Shown: piece by piece, positions 38,110-51,813 of the stretch
How the letters are laid out: each line of letters opens with the position of its first letter
Numbering within the stretch: the stretch's first letter is position 1
Assembly: GCF_001194135.2 (NCBI RefSeq)
Contig: NC_068987.1
Span: 11,332,643-11,396,642 of the forward strand
Length of the DNA: 64,000 nucleotides
Direction: 5' to 3'
Source: Octopus bimaculoides
Lineage: Eukaryota
The notes under the pieces: model-generated
The model's input: the letters and a program-made list of their open reading frames with translations, nothing else
What the model was told of the DNA's origin: nothing
Databases searched by the model: none
Translations under genes and position numbers: made by a program

Positions 38110-38327
38110 TACAGGGTGTGATGGGTAAATTGTCATCATTTTATATTTTTTATTTCGCGCATGCGCATTGTTTGTTTTTTTATATTGTCGACTACACAGT
38201 ATAGTAGGGTCAGTTGGGCACCATCTGTGAGAAAAACAGCACCATGACGCAAGTCACTCTGCCAGAAATTTGGAAATGATGTGCTGTACTTTTTGGCATT
38301 CATGCTGGAATCTCCAATACAAACAGA
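38110..38327 (+). mobile_element. Tc1/mariner left end with a transposase N-terminal relic
   Basis: TA-CAGGGTGTGATGGG terminus, followed by MTQVTLPEIWK*CAVLFGIHAGISNTN. Confidence 0.55.
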
Positions 38328-38809
38328 TATATATATATATATATATATATANNNNNNNNNNCATACACACACACACACACAGTAATCCCTGAACTATGTT
38401 ACATTCCAAAAACCCCTGCGATAGGCGAAAATCTACGAAGTATATTATCATCATTATTTAATGCTTGTTTTCCATGATGGCATGGGTTGGACAGTTTGAC
38501 CAGAGCTGGCAAAATGGAGAGTTGCTTCCGGTTCCAGTTTGATATTTGTCTCAGTTTCTCTGGCTGGATGTCCTTCCTAATGCCAACCACTTTACAGAGT
38601 GTGTTGGGTGCTTTTTATGTGGCCTGGTACAGGTGTCTTTCACAGGGGATGGGCACTGGTAATTTAGCATAGCTCACTTAAAGTTAGGGTTTGATAAAAG
38701 CCACCTGCTTCAAGATACAATAGTGTGGGACTGAACCCCAAGGTCACACGCTTGAGATGTGAACATGCCATGCACAAGTCCATACTTGTACCTATGTGCG
38801 TGTGAGTGG

Positions 38810-39460
38810 GTATGATCATCATTTTAGCATCAACTTTTCTGTGCTTGCATGGTGGTCAGATGCGTTTCTTGTTTCCAACCCTCGCCTGTTTCCAAATAAG
38901 GGAATATTTCCCCATGATAAAACATGTTCTCATAGAATATTGGAAAATGACACTGCTTGTATGACGGTGACACTCATTTACAACTATCACATGATGTGAA
39001 GACAAAATGCAAGCATACACATATAAACATACACATACATACTCACACAATGAGCTTCTTTTTTCTTTATTGCCCACAAGGGGCTAAACATAGTGGGGAC
39101 AAACAAGGACAGCGAAAGGAATTAAGTCGATTACATCGACCCCAGTGCGTAACTGGTACTTAATTTATCGACCCCGAAAGGATGAAAGGCAAAGTCGACC
39201 TCGGCGGAATTTGAACTCAGAACGTAACGGCAGATGAAATACTGCTAAGCATTTCGCCCGGTGTGCTAACATTTCTGCCAGCTCGCCGCCTTTCAGTTCT
39301 TTCAGTTTCTATTTATCAAATCCACTCACAAGGCTTTGGCTGGCCTGGTTTCTATAGGAGAAGACATTTGCCCAAGGTGCTATGCAGTGGGGCTGAACCC
39401 GAAACCATATGGTTGATTGGGAAGCAACCGTCTTAACCACACAGCCACACCTGTGCTGTG
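38810..39460 (-). mobile_element. SINE G host carrying a nested SINE A (tail type II) at about 39060-39290
   Basis: Host motif GAGCTTCTT | TCAGTTTC is interrupted at the same position as in the 28420-28895 host. Confidence 0.85.
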
Positions 39461-41321
39461 TATGTGAGAGAGAGAGAGAGATTGGTTATAGCTTATGATA
39501 TTCTCTTCCATTACTGCATTTCATAGTTTACACATGTACGCAGTGCTAGTTTCCTTGTATTTTGCTGTATATTTATATATTACAACATACTACCTTCTTC
39601 ACCTACTGTATGTATGTCAACATACACACTATGAAAGCTTGCTGCACTAAATATATTACATATGTTTTGAGGTATTAGCTAATGAGCACACTGTATGTGT
39701 GTGTGTGTGTGTGTAAAAGATAGAAGGAGGGTGTTTTTGTATATGTTTGTGTGTGCAATCTACAATCTACATTACGATAATTTTATGACCCATGACATAT
39801 TAAATATAATTTACTAAACAGTATTATTATTTGTTGTAAGTTTATATTACTCTGTATACACAATATAGTTGAAAAACTGGATTGCGTTTTTTGTAGGTGA
39901 GAAAAGCAGTGTCCCAAGAGGGAAATAAGACAAACTTTCTTGATATTGTCTGTTATTATGCACGCGTGTGCTTATATAAGACTATGAAGCTTTTGTACAA
40001 AAACCTCTTGAGCCAATCACCATAACTAGCAGATACCGACTGATTCAACGTTTTCAACTGATTATCGGCTGTGGTTTTGGGACTGAAGTTCTTTCACAAT
40101 AATCTCAAGCTGGAAGAGAAATTTTTGGAAGATTTTTTTCTCTCTTTTTTTTTNNNNNNNNNNNNNNNNNNNNNNNNNNNNNNNNNNNNNNNNNNNNNNN
40201 NNNNNNNNNNNNNNNNNNNNNNNNNNNNNNNNNNNNNNNNNNNNNNNNNNNNNNNNNNNNNNNNNNNNNNNNNNNNNNNNNNNNNNNNNNNNNNNNNNNN
40301 NNNNNNNNNNNNNNNNNNNNNNNNNNNNNNNNNNNNNNNNNNNNNNNNNNNNNNNNNNNNNNNNNNNNNNNNNNNNNNNNNNNNNNNNNNNNNNNNNNNN
40401 NNNNNNNNNNNNNNNNNNNNNNNNNNNNNNNNNNNNNNNNNNNNNNNNNNNNNNNNNNNNNNNNNNNNNNNNNNNNNNNNNNNNNNNNNNNNNNNNNNNN
40501 NNNNNNNNNNNNNNNNNNNNNNNNNNNNNNNNNNNNNNNNNNNNNNNNNNNNNNNNNNNNNNNNNNNNNNNNNNNNNNNNNNNNNNNNNNNNNNNNNNNN
40601 NNNNNNNNNNNNNNNNNNNNNNNNNNNNNNNNNNNNNNNNNNNNNNNNNNNNNNNNNNNNNNNNNNNNNNNNNNNNNNNNNNNNNNNNNNNNNNNNNNNN
40701 NGAAAAAATAATAAAAAAAGATGTTTTTAAAAAAATTCCGTGCATACTAATTTAAAAGTTACTATCCGTTTTTTTTTATATTTTGTTGTTATTTTTGTTC
40801 GTTTTGATTTATCTTTGCTGCCAGTTGATCCCTAAATTATCCACTTAGCAGCTTAATGCTCCACCACAAAAAAAATGTCATCATAGTTCTTCATGGCGCT
40901 GGTGATGCTGCCAATACTGATGGGTTAGTAATCAATACAGTTATTGCTTTCTGACCGTTTTTGTTTTTTTTCGTTTTTTTCGTTTTTTTTCTTTTTCGTT
41001 TTTTTCGTTTTTTTTCTTTTTCTCCTTCTTTTAATATATATTATTCCTCCCCAGTTAGCTAACTGCTGCAAGGATATTGACAAACCAATCAAAACAGCTT
41101 TAGTATACACCCATAGAGATGAGTAGTTAGAGCGAGAAAGAGAAGAAAAAAAAGGCATTGCTTTTTTGACTGCTGGCATTTGACTAGTGGTTAGTTCACA
41201 ATGCATACATACATGTGTATATATCTATATATATGTATGTGTGTGTGTGTGTGTGTGTGTGTTTTAGTGTTTACCTTGTAGAGAACAATATAGCTTAACT
41301 GCAAGTGGACAGCAAAAAAGA

Positions 41322-41975
41322 ACAAAATGTTAAAAAGCTTGCTTCCCAATCACATGGCTCCAGGTTCAATCCCACTGCATGACATCTTGGGCAAGTGTCT
41401 TCTACTGTAGCCTCGGGCCGACCAAAGCCTTGTGAGTGGATTTGGTAGACGGAAACTGAAAGAAGCCTGTTGTATATATATATATATATATATGTATATG
41501 TATGTGTGTGTATATGTTTGTGTGTCTGTGTTTGTCCCCCCAACAAAGCTTGACAATCGATGCTGGTGTGTTTACGTCCCCGTAACTTAGCGGTTCNNNN
41601 NNNNNNNNNNNNNNNNNNNNNNNNNNNATGACATCTTGGGCAAGTGTCTTCTACTGTAGCCTCGGGCCGACCAAAGCCTTGTGAGTGGATTTGGTAGACG
41701 GAAACTGAAAGAAGCCTGTTGTATATATATATATATATATATGTATATGTATGTGTGTGTATATGTTTGTGTGTCTGTGTTTGTCCCCCCAACAAAGCTT
41801 GACAATCGATGCTGGTGTGTTTACGTCCCCGTAACTTAGCGGTTCAGCAAAAGAGACCAATAGAATAAGTACTAGGCTTCCAAAGAATAAGTCCTGGGGT
41901 CGATTTACTCGACTAAAGGCAGTGCTCCAGCATGGCCGCAGTCAAATGACTGAAACAAGTAAAAGAGTAAAAGTG
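41322..41975 (+). mobile_element. SINE family B, young; the internal repeat of about 210 bp around the N gap is probably an assembly artefact
   Basis: Near-consensus B; sequence identical on both sides of the gap at 41597-41627. Confidence 0.85.
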
Positions 41976-42214
41976 TATATATAAAGTAGGTAGTTATGTA
42001 GGCAGGATTTAGTATTTCCGTTTTTATCAGTGGAAGATAAAAGGCTAATGGGGTAAGGTATCAAACTACTTATTTAAGGATTGTTGGTTCAAATGTACTG
42101 CAGGTGCTCCATTTTGTTTCTATGTAGAAAAAAACACTTTGTCCTATTTACAGTTCCTTGGATACCAGGGTTTAAAGTTAATTAGCAATAGGATTGATGC
42201 TCTCTTTCATTCAT

Positions 42215-42568
42215 ATACTCTCTTTTACTTGTTTTCAGTCATTTGACTGTGGCCATGCTGGAGCACCGCCTTTAGTTGAGCAAATCGACCCCAGGACTTA
42301 TTCTTTTGTAAGCCTAGTACTTATTCTATNNNNNNNNNNTAGGACTTATTCTTTTGTAAGCCTAGTACTTATTCTATCGGTCTCTCTTGCCGAACCACTA
42401 AGTTACAGGGACGTAAACACACCATCATCGGTTGTCAAGCGATGTTGGGACAAACACAGACGCACAAACACACACACATACATATATATATATATACATA
42501 TATACGACGGGCTTCTTTCAGTTTCCATCTACCAGATCCACTCACAAGGCTTCGGTCGGCCCGAGGGC
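42215..42568 (-). mobile_element. SINE family B, young, lacking the head
   Basis: Reverse complement of B from the tail to GGCCCGAGG. Confidence 0.85.
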
Positions 42569-42710
42569 AAGATTTTGTTTATCACACATATGTTTCTTAG
42601 CTAGCTTATCCTATTGTTCCGTCCACTTTTTGTTCTCTATACCTACCATCACTTCTTACATTTAGATTCCTGAGTCATTTATATATTATATATGTGTGTG
42701 TGTGCCGTCG

Positions 42711-43087
42711 TGGCACTCCGTCAGTTACAATGACAAGGGTTCCAGTCGATACGATCAACAGAACAGCCTGCTCGTGAAATTGCCGTGTAAGTGGCTGAGC
42801 ACTCCACAGACACGTGTACCCTTAACATAGTTCTCGAGGGAGATTCAGCATGACACATTGTGTGACAAGGTTGGCACTTTGAAATACAGGTACAACAGAA
42901 ACAGGAAGAAAGAATGAGAAAGTTGTAGTGAAAGCGTACAGCAGGGTTCACCCACCCCCCTACTGGAGCCTCGTAGAGCTTTAGGTGTTTGCACTCAATA
43001 AACACTCAAACCACCCTGTCTGGGAATCGAAACTGCGATCCTACGACCATGAGTCCGCTACCCTAATCACTGGGCCATTGCGTCTCC
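42711..43087 (-). mobile_element. SINE family F, full length
   Basis: Reverse complement of 44774-45162. Confidence 0.88.
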
Positions 43088-43641
43088 ATGTGTGTGTATA
43101 TACTGCTAGATTTGCATTGTCCATTGAGTTCTGCTGTTTTTTTTTTCAAAATTGTAAGTTGTGTGATTTTTAAGGCATTTGGTTGCTGTTTCTAGCAGCT
43201 GAGTAACAACGTAGTGGTTCCTTTGTTAGCTGACATATATAACCTGTTAAAACTAACCCACTTTTGCTTTTCTATCATGAAAACAACCTGGTTTACAGTG
43301 AAGTGAATTTTATCAAGATGTTAGTAAGTTATACTTTTCTATAAAACTGGGCAGCGAGGGAATATTGAATTCCTAATGGCAGTAAAAGATTGAGACCGAA
43401 TTTTTAACAAGTATTTACCCAGTGAGGTGGAGGAATAACTGTCAAATACGGTGTGGTGATGGAGATGGCAGTGGTAAAGGTGGTGGTGGAGGTAGTGGTT
43501 GTCTGCTTGGGAACAGTGTGTGCTCACTACTTGATAAAGCTGACATATTTCAGGGTAAAATCCAGAATAGGATGGAAAACAGAAATGGTATGTGCTGGCA
43601 ATAGTGGGTTTATTAGTGTTTTAGAAGAGTTCAGACTTGGT

Positions 43642-44210
43642 AATATAGTGAGCTGGCAGAAACGTTAGCATGCTGGGTGGTATTTTGTCTGTCTTTACAT
43701 TCTGAGTTCAAATTCCACCGTGGTCGACTTTGCCTTTCATCCTTTTGGCGGGGTCGATAAATTAAGTACCAGTTGTGTACTGTGGTCGATCTAATCGACT
43801 GGCCTCCCTCCCCAAAAATTTTGGGGCTTGTGCCTAGAATAGGAAAATATATAGGCCCAGGAGTGGCTGTGTGGTAAGTGGCTTGCTTACCAACCACATG
43901 GTTTCGGGTTCATTCTCACTGCGTGGCACCTTGGGCAAGTGTTTTCTACTATAGCCTCAGGCTGATCAAAGCCTTGTTAGNNNNNNNNNNNNNNNNNNTT
44001 TGTGTGTCTTGTGTTTGTCCCCCCAACATCGCTTGACAACCAATGCTGATGTGTTTACGTCCCCGTAACCTAGCAGTTCAGCAAAAGAGACCGATAGAAT
44101 AAGTACTAGGCTTACAAAGAATAAGTCCTGGGGTCGATTTGCTCAACTAAAGGTGGTGCTCCAGCATGGCCGCAGTCAAATGACTGAAACAAGTAAAAAA
44201 GTAAAAGTAA
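43642..44210 (+). mobile_element. SINE A (43642-43850) followed by a young SINE B (43855-44210)
   Basis: A head and tail, then GGAGTGGCTGTGTGGTAAGT...GACTGAAACAAGTAAAA. Confidence 0.88.
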
Positions 44211-44773
44211 GTATATCGGGTATTTGTGAGTCTACATACGCACAGTCTGACGAAAGCTTCGAAGTTACTGTCGCTTTTCTCTTGTAAAAGTGTTATAAAT
44301 ATGAACTCTGCAAAAAAGGGATGGAGTGATTCTTCAGTTTAATGCTAAATTGTTTTTATAACCTGCCGTGTGTGTATATACACACACGCCTACATCACTG
44401 CTGTGTATGTTTGTTAAACTAATCCTTTCGTGCCATAATAGTTTGGAGACATCTCTGCTTTGATTTAACATTCATCTGCTATCTATTCACTAGTTGGTAC
44501 AGATGATTTGAGGCTGTCTCATCATAGTATCTGTCGTAAAATGAGAAAGCTGCACTGCGTTATGTTTAATAGCTTGGTCAATACTTTGTCCAATCTGATT
44601 ATTTCACATGTGTGTGTGTGTGTGTGTGTGTCCGTGTTTTACTGTGTTTACTTTCTATGTAGGGCAGTGGTTGAAGATAGAAATGGAATTATGATTCTGT
44701 GAGCTTCTTAATAACAAGCAGGTATACATAAATGTGTGTATGTGTATTCGTGAACATATATACACTACATGGT

Positions 44774-45162
44774 GGAGGCGCAATAGCCCAGTGGTTAGGG
44801 CAGCGGACTCACGGTCATAGGATCGCGATTTCGATTCTTAGACCGGGCGTTGTGAGTGTTTATTGAGCGAAAACACCTAAAGCTCCACGAGGCTCTGGCA
44901 TGGGATGGTGGCGAACCCTGCTGTACTCGTTCATTTCACCAAAACTTTCTCTCACTCTTACTTCCTGTTTCTGATGTACCTGTAATTCAAAGAGTCAGCC
45001 TTGTCACACTGTGTCACACTGAATATCCCCGAGAACTACATTAAGGATACACGTGTCTGTGGAGTGCTCAGCCACTTGCACGTTAATTTCACGAGCAGGC
45101 TGTTCCGTTGATCGGATCAACTGGAACCCTCGACGTCGTAAGCGACGGATTGCCAACAACAA
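44774..45162 (+). mobile_element. SINE family F, full length; tRNA-like head and (AAC)n tail
   Basis: GGAGGCGCAATAGCCCAGTGGTTAGGGCAGCGGACTC...TTCGATTC head (A/B boxes). Possibly one of the published octopus tRNA-derived SINE families; not verified. Confidence 0.88.
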
Positions 45163-45255
45163 ATACACTACATGAGTGAGAGAATTGCCGTGAACCGTAA
45201 CAAGCAGTCCAATGCATGCCAACATGGTAAACAGGTATAAAATAACAATCATAGC

Positions 45256-45312
<57 letters not shown>

Positions 45313-45924
45313 ACACACACACATGCAAGAATGTTCACCTAAAGTTTCCAAACAGTAGCATCTGTTTATCATTCTTGAAGATGTTCAGCTATTTCCACGT
45401 GGTTACAACTCTATCGATAACTGCCTTCTCTAACGTCATCTGGTTACCATGGCTCTGATGGTGGAGTTGGAATCGGTTATTAGGTCAATTGGACTTCAAG
45501 TGGGTAAAAATGTACCAATTCTGATTTCAGCTAAATGGTAAAATTTTTCTGCATTTGATAACATAAAAATGCACAAACGAATTAGATGCATGCAAATTTC
45601 TACAGTGCATATCCAGGGAAAACGCTTGTAATAAAGGCATAACTTCACATATAGGACTCGGTGTGGTTTTTTTTTTTTTTTTTTAAGGCATTTTTTAGTG
45701 GGGAAGTGGGGCTAATATCTTAGACTTTATATGCCATTAAATACAGTAATATCGGATTGGATTGCCTCAGCATAATTTCTCTACCAACCACGGTCTGATG
45801 TGGAGTCTGTGAATCTGAGCTTCAGATTATACTGGTTTGACGAGCTTACTCTGTCACACTGGCTCGACATGGCTTGGCAGAAGGGGTACAATTTTTTTAT
45901 ACTCATACCCAAGAGTACTTAAGT

Positions 45925-46087
45925 CGATTACAATCAACGCCAGTGTTCAACCAGTGCTTATTTTATCGGCCCCGAAAGGATGACAGGCAGTCGACCTTGG
46001 TGGAATTTGAACTCGGAATGCAAGGACAGAGAAAATCCTGCTGAGCATTTCACCCGGTCTGCTAACGATTCTGCCAGCTTGTTGCGG
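45925..46087 (-). mobile_element. SINE family A
   Basis: Reverse-complement A motifs (CCCGAAAGGATGA...GATTCTGCCAGCT). Confidence 0.8.
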
Positions 46088-49000
46088 TAATACAATGCAT
46101 TAGAATTTCCAATTTCACAGATACTAATTTCAAAATAATCAAATCAGATTTAAGTGCTTCTAAGCAAAGCCTGCTAGAAGCAATTGTTTCTAAGAACTAG
46201 ATGTTAAGTAAAATGCAATGTTTTTGGGTGCAGTTTTAAATAAATTTTGTAGGGATAATTTTTATTTCACAGAACCTTTTGTATTAAATTCACTTAAATT
46301 TTGTATTTTTCATTTTGAAAAAGAAGGGCTTTGTATCTTAATTGAGTTTATTTCTTTTAAACTGGGCATGTGTTATGTTGCTTTAGGTGTTTCAGTCTTT
46401 TAGTTTTAATTTTTGCTGTATTTTTCAACTGGTAAATTTTCAACTGGAGATTCCCGATTTTCTTTCTGGAATTTTTTAATAGTTTATTTCTTTTGCATCC
46501 ATTTTACTCTATAGAACTTAGAACATTTCATTTTTATCCTTGGATTGCATGATCTTGATGTGAGCCCATATCATCATCATCATATGTCCATTGTCCATGC
46601 TGCTGGCATGGGTTGGATGGTTTGACCTGTCTAATTTGGTATGGTTTCTACAGCTGCATGCCCCTTCCTAACGCCAACCATGAAACATTTTGTTATCTCT
46701 TAGGAAGGTCATTATGTCAGTAAACACACACACTGATTTTATTTCACTTCTTTTATTGTTAGTCAATTGGTTATCATTTAACCAATTAAAAGAAACCTGG
46801 AATAGAGGGGTTATATCATTGATGAGGTTGCAAAGTATGATGAAAGGATTTCTGTAAATATTGCTGATTGATTGATTGAATGATTAATCAAAGTCAGTTA
46901 GATAATTGGTTAAATGTTAACAAACTGGCTAATAATAATAATAAGAGAAGTGAAATAGAAACAATGCATGAGTCTATTATTGGCACAATGACCTTCCCAA
47001 GGTACAACAAAATAACTCTGTAGACTACCAATAAACACACCCTCATCTTCTAATCTGTTTTCACAGCTATTCTGTTTTCGGGGTTTATTTTATTAATCAC
47101 ATATATAATGGACTCTCCTGTTGAAGAAAACATGAGTGTCCAGCTTTTGCTGAATGACCGGCACAAACGATTTGTTTATAGTGACCAAATATATGTGCTG
47201 TGCATTAAGGTCACTCTCCCCATCGAATTGGCATTGTGTCCAAACATCAGATGTTGAAATGACTACAGAGCAACGTAAAATGAAGTGCTTTGCTCAAGAA
47301 CATAATGTACCACCTGCAGGAATTGAACCTAAGATCTATTAATCATAAGTGCAGCACCCTAGCTACCAGGCCACATGCTTATTGGTTAAGGTGTTACATT
47401 CACTCATGATATATATATATATATGTTTTATAAACAAACTTAGAAGCACCGAATGAGTTGGTATATTATAGAAAATATAGAAAACTTAAATGCATAAATA
47501 ACTGTGAACACAGCTTAAAAGATATGATAAATACTTTTATAAGAAGGAAAAGAATTGGCCAGTGAGCTGCTACAGAGAATTGAACCCCGAGTTGTCTGCT
47601 CAGCATCACATTGGTTGATAAATGTTTTTTTTTACTTGTGGATCAACAAAGCTACTGTTGGTTTTATGTGGCAGCCTTGATAATTGCTTAGAATTTTCAG
47701 CGTTTGCAGTTTCCTGTATCTGAGCAATGACTTTTGCTGTCTGACAACCGGCAGCACCAGACACACACACACGCACTCCCAGATGTATATATTTCTATCT
47801 TAGATTTTAATTGCAAATCTATACAAAAATAATTATCGCAGCCTGGTTTGATAAAGACCACTGATTACTTATGGTGGTTTGAGAAAGACCCCAGGTTTCA
47901 TATATATATATATATTTATACACACATGTATATGCACAGATACACACACATATAAACATGCACACTATGTCTCATGGCAGTGTTTATTTCTCTGAAATTA
48001 TTGGCTAAATGCAGTCTGTAGAGAATGTCCATCATTGGAATTTGCAATATTTATATGTAATTCCTATAGATCGTAGGTTTTAGCACTTAAAACAGTGCAT
48101 TACTGAGCTTGCCACAAGGTTTGTGAGACTCTTTGTTTGGAATGATCTACCTGACTATAGCAAATGTATCAAGGTAATTGAATTAAACATTCAAGAGATT
48201 TAATTATAATTAACCTTTCAAAAGATTATGACTTACAAGTACCATTGTGTTTACCAACTTTCAGAACTTCAGACAATATAAAAGTGCAGTAGTGATCTCA
48301 TTCTTTCTGATATTTCTCCAAGACTGAGGATTTCAATTCACATGTTTTATTTCAGTTTAACATATCAAATTAATATAATTGAGACATTTTCAACAAGTAA
48401 AACATGAAGTGTAGAATATAAACTTGATATTGAAATTCAATTAGAAAAAGAATTTTTCTGTTTGTTTCCCCCCCCCCCCCTCCAATTTGAATTTTCGCTT
48501 TGTATTAAATTCTGTTTGAAGTTTAAATTTAAAAAATCAAGAAGAATCTGAGTTTGAAAATAATATTTAAATTCTGAAATAAAATCTTTTTAAAAATTCC
48601 CAATTGTACTCTAACCCTTCAATAGACGAATAGTTACTAGACTGTTGACTCCAATAGACATAAACAAAAGGATGTGGAGAAACTGGCAGTGGCTCCATGT
48701 CAGCATTTAATGGGAATAAACAGTTCAAAAATGGAGTAAATTGGTTTGCTGTGAGGAAGAGCAGGCGAAAAGCTAATGTTTGAAGCAGTAACACCCTCCT
48801 TAAGGCTGTGTTTTTAAATAAACTCTACCACTTTTATCACAATCTTAATAAAGGCATGTTGTTGTATTTGCTTCAATCAACCAAACTGGAGAAATCAATA
48901 TTTTTACTATTTTACAGTTAGGCAGGGCATTCAATTGTAAACTCTTCTGCTCCAGCAGTTCTTGTTTAATACTTTAGATTCGTAAAACCATTCAGTCAAT

Positions 49001-49154
49001 ACAAGAATGGAAATGGGGGAAAGGTATAATAAGGGAATCGAGAAGAAATGGACTGTGATCAAGACACTCAGCTCTCTCGATTATAGTTCACCTAAACTGT
49101 AAGTAGGTAAAGTGGAATAATTCACTGCTTCAGTTAGTTGTAACGGCACTCGTT

Positions 49155-49580
49155 GTCATCATTATCATTTTTTGATGTCCACTTTTCCTTGCTTGCATGT
49201 GTTGGACAGAGTTTATTGGTAAGAGGCAGATTTTCTGTGACTGGGTGCTTTTCCTGTCACCAATCCTCACCTGTTTTGAAATGAAGTAATATTTCCCTGT
49301 GGCCAGACATGTTTTCATAGAATATTGGATTTGAATGACACTGCTTATATGACAGCGACGCTCGTTTATAACTATCATGTGATGTCAAGATAAGGGAACA
49401 AACACACACACACACACACACACACTATGGGCTTCTTTCAATTTCCGTCTACCAAATCCACTTGACCAGTCTTGAAACTATGGTAGAAGACACTTGCCCA
49501 AGACACCATCCAGTGGGACTGAACCCAGAACCATGTGGTTGGGAAGCAAACTTCCTAATTGCACAACCACATCTGTGCCT
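49155..49580 (-). mobile_element. SINE family G, full length
   Basis: CATCATTATCATTTTTTGATGTCCACTTTTCC tail, (CA)n, then the B-type 5' half. Confidence 0.85.
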
Positions 49581-49693
49581 CTAAATTAAATTGTGCAACT
49601 TGTGAGGGTTTAGTTGTGAGTTCTACCCTTCTTTTGAGTCTACAAAAACATGATAAAGCTACCCCATTGCATCTCACCCTTGAATATCTACAC

Positions 49694-50177
49694 AAGTGAT
49701 TCTCAACCCCCCTTTTTTTCCCCCCTGTGACCCTTTGATTCCTGTTTTATTTGAATGGACTCTCCTAGTTATTCTATATTGATACCCTCAGTACCTTTAG
49801 CATTCTGATTATTGTCAGGTGTAATGCTTGTTTATTCCCATTGTTTTCAATTGTTTTCATTCTTTCCAATGCATTATCTTGTAGCTCTGAGATTTCAATG
49901 ATGTGATTGTTTATTAGAATTGCATTGTTTGGTAGTTGTAAGAAGCCAAATCTAGCTGGTTTGAAGGCAAAAAAAAAAAAAGACAGATAGAATATTTGAG
50001 CCAGTTATGGCTGGTTTAAATGCTAAAAGCTTTAAAAAAAAGAACATATTTATAATTAAATATTAGGAATTGTATAAAAAAGAATTTTAATATTTTGTGT
50101 ATTGTAGAAGTATAACTGAATGACAAAAATCTACATATATCAGACCTACATATATGGACCTCATTTGAGAACCCCTG
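49694..50177. mobile_element. hAT-type element (same family as 5710-6156) with a nested family E MITE (about 49790-50035, -)
   Basis: Ends AAGTGATTCTCAAC / TTGAGAACCCCTG; imperfect TSD ATCTACAC / ATCTATAT. Confidence 0.65.
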
Positions 50178-50472
50178 ATCTATATGAAAGCTAGTTCTTG
50201 AGAGAGGTTTTTTAGCTCTTCTTCTTTAGCATTACAATACCAATACAGTTGCATGATTTATCAACTTTCAATATAATTCATTAAAGAATTGATTAATCAA
50301 CACCATGATTCTCCTCAACGACCAATCACATCCATCCCTGACAATTTCTTTGGAACTATTCACGTCTTATTTTAATCGACCGTTTTACTTCTTTGCAGTT
50401 GTGTTTCCGTTTTCAATCTATTTCTCATCTTCAGTAACTTCTTACTGAATTCCGTTTTACTTTATTTTGTAG

Positions 50473-50551
50473 GACTGCCAACCCTCCTATTTCGGAAAAC
50501 CTCGGGATGATTTAAAGATCCCTGGTCAAGATGGTTTTCCATAAAATGAAG
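50473..50551 (+). other. Candidate spliced exon: 5' UTR plus a start codon (ATG at 50531, MVFHKMK, phase-0 donor)
   Basis: Pyrimidine tract TTCCGTTTTACTTTATTTTGTAG| and donor AAG|GTAACT. All three frames are closed upstream of the ATG, whose context is CAAGATGG. Non-repetitive sequence; product not recognised. Confidence 0.4.
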
Positions 50552-50799
50552 GTAACTTTTACTATTTGAAAATTATTACTAACTAAACTTTATCTTCTTA
50601 TATATAACACATACACACATGCATATGTATATATGTGTATAGTTGAATATACGCATATATGTATTTGTATATACACATATGTATTTGTATATACATATAT
50701 ATATATATGTATACGTTTTTATATATATATGTATATATGTATGTATGGATATATATATGTATATCAATGATGGTGTGTATATGTGTGTGTGCATATATC

Positions 50800-50854
<55 letters not shown>

Positions 50855-51569
50855 ATGCATAGACACATAAATGTTAATAAGAGAAGGGAGTCGATAAATG
50901 GGGTTTATCCGAATTCTGACTACCTTTTCTACTTAACACATAGATTGTAGTGGTCACAGGTTTTATATGTATATACACACACACACACACACACTTTTTC
51001 TTGTGATTTTCCTCTCATAAATTACTTGGCCCTCTTTAGCGAAGGAAGTTTGATATTTCATGGTGCAAGCATTCAAATGTGACACTTGAAACGGATTGTA
51101 TTCATCTCTAACTTCAATATACTTTAATTCATAGACAATCCAGCAGTTATTAATATCTAACCTAGTTGAGACAACAGTTGAAGACTAACACTGAACCAAT
51201 GGATCGATCTATGGATCACGTCCTATTAAGAGAACAGCATTATATCTGAAAAATACTTAACTCTAGATGCAGCACTAGTGTGCATTCTGTATGACAAGGG
51301 TTTTAGTGGCCTTCATGAATGTGCCCAAATCTGATTGTAGATATAGATATTAGCCCAGAGATGCACTCTCTGAAGACAATATCCATCACCCATTGATGGA
51401 TGCATTTCAGATAAAGTCTACATTTTCTTTTTCTTTGTGTGTGATATAAAGAAAGATCTTTTGATTTCATGGTGATATTTATTTAGGTAATAGAACAACT
51501 AGGGCTAGCTTTTCCTGCTCCCTAATTCAATGATTTCAATAATTGTAATAAATATTTTAAAATTAGGCC

Positions 51570-51740
51570 TAAGCGTGGCTACGTTGTAGGAAGTTTGCTT
51601 CCAAACCACATGGTTCCAAGTTCAGTCCCTCAGTCCCACTGTTTTGCACCTAGGGCAAGTAAGTGTCTTTTACTGTAGCACAGGGCTGACTAATGCTTTG
51701 TGAATGGTTTTGGTGGACAGAAACTGAAAGAAGCCCATTG

Positions 51741-51813
<73 letters not shown>

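Noticed and set aside
41055-41130. Acceptor-like CCTCCCCAG after a T-rich tract
   Set aside because: The open frame stops after about 23 codons and there is no good donor.
41388-41840. Apparent tandem duplication of about 210 bp inside a SINE; also a 37-bp repeat around the Ns at 42330-42339
   Set aside because: Identical sequence on both sides of a short N gap is typical of unmerged contig overlaps.
44774-44850. tRNA-like sequences here, at about 51826-51895 and at many SINE heads
   Set aside because: They have A/B boxes but no complete cloverleaf or acceptor stem, and they continue directly into SINE bodies.
51370-51412. Hairpin containing CTGAAGA, considered as a hammerhead or pre-miRNA
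   Set aside because: No GAAA after the stem, and pairing is too short and interrupted.
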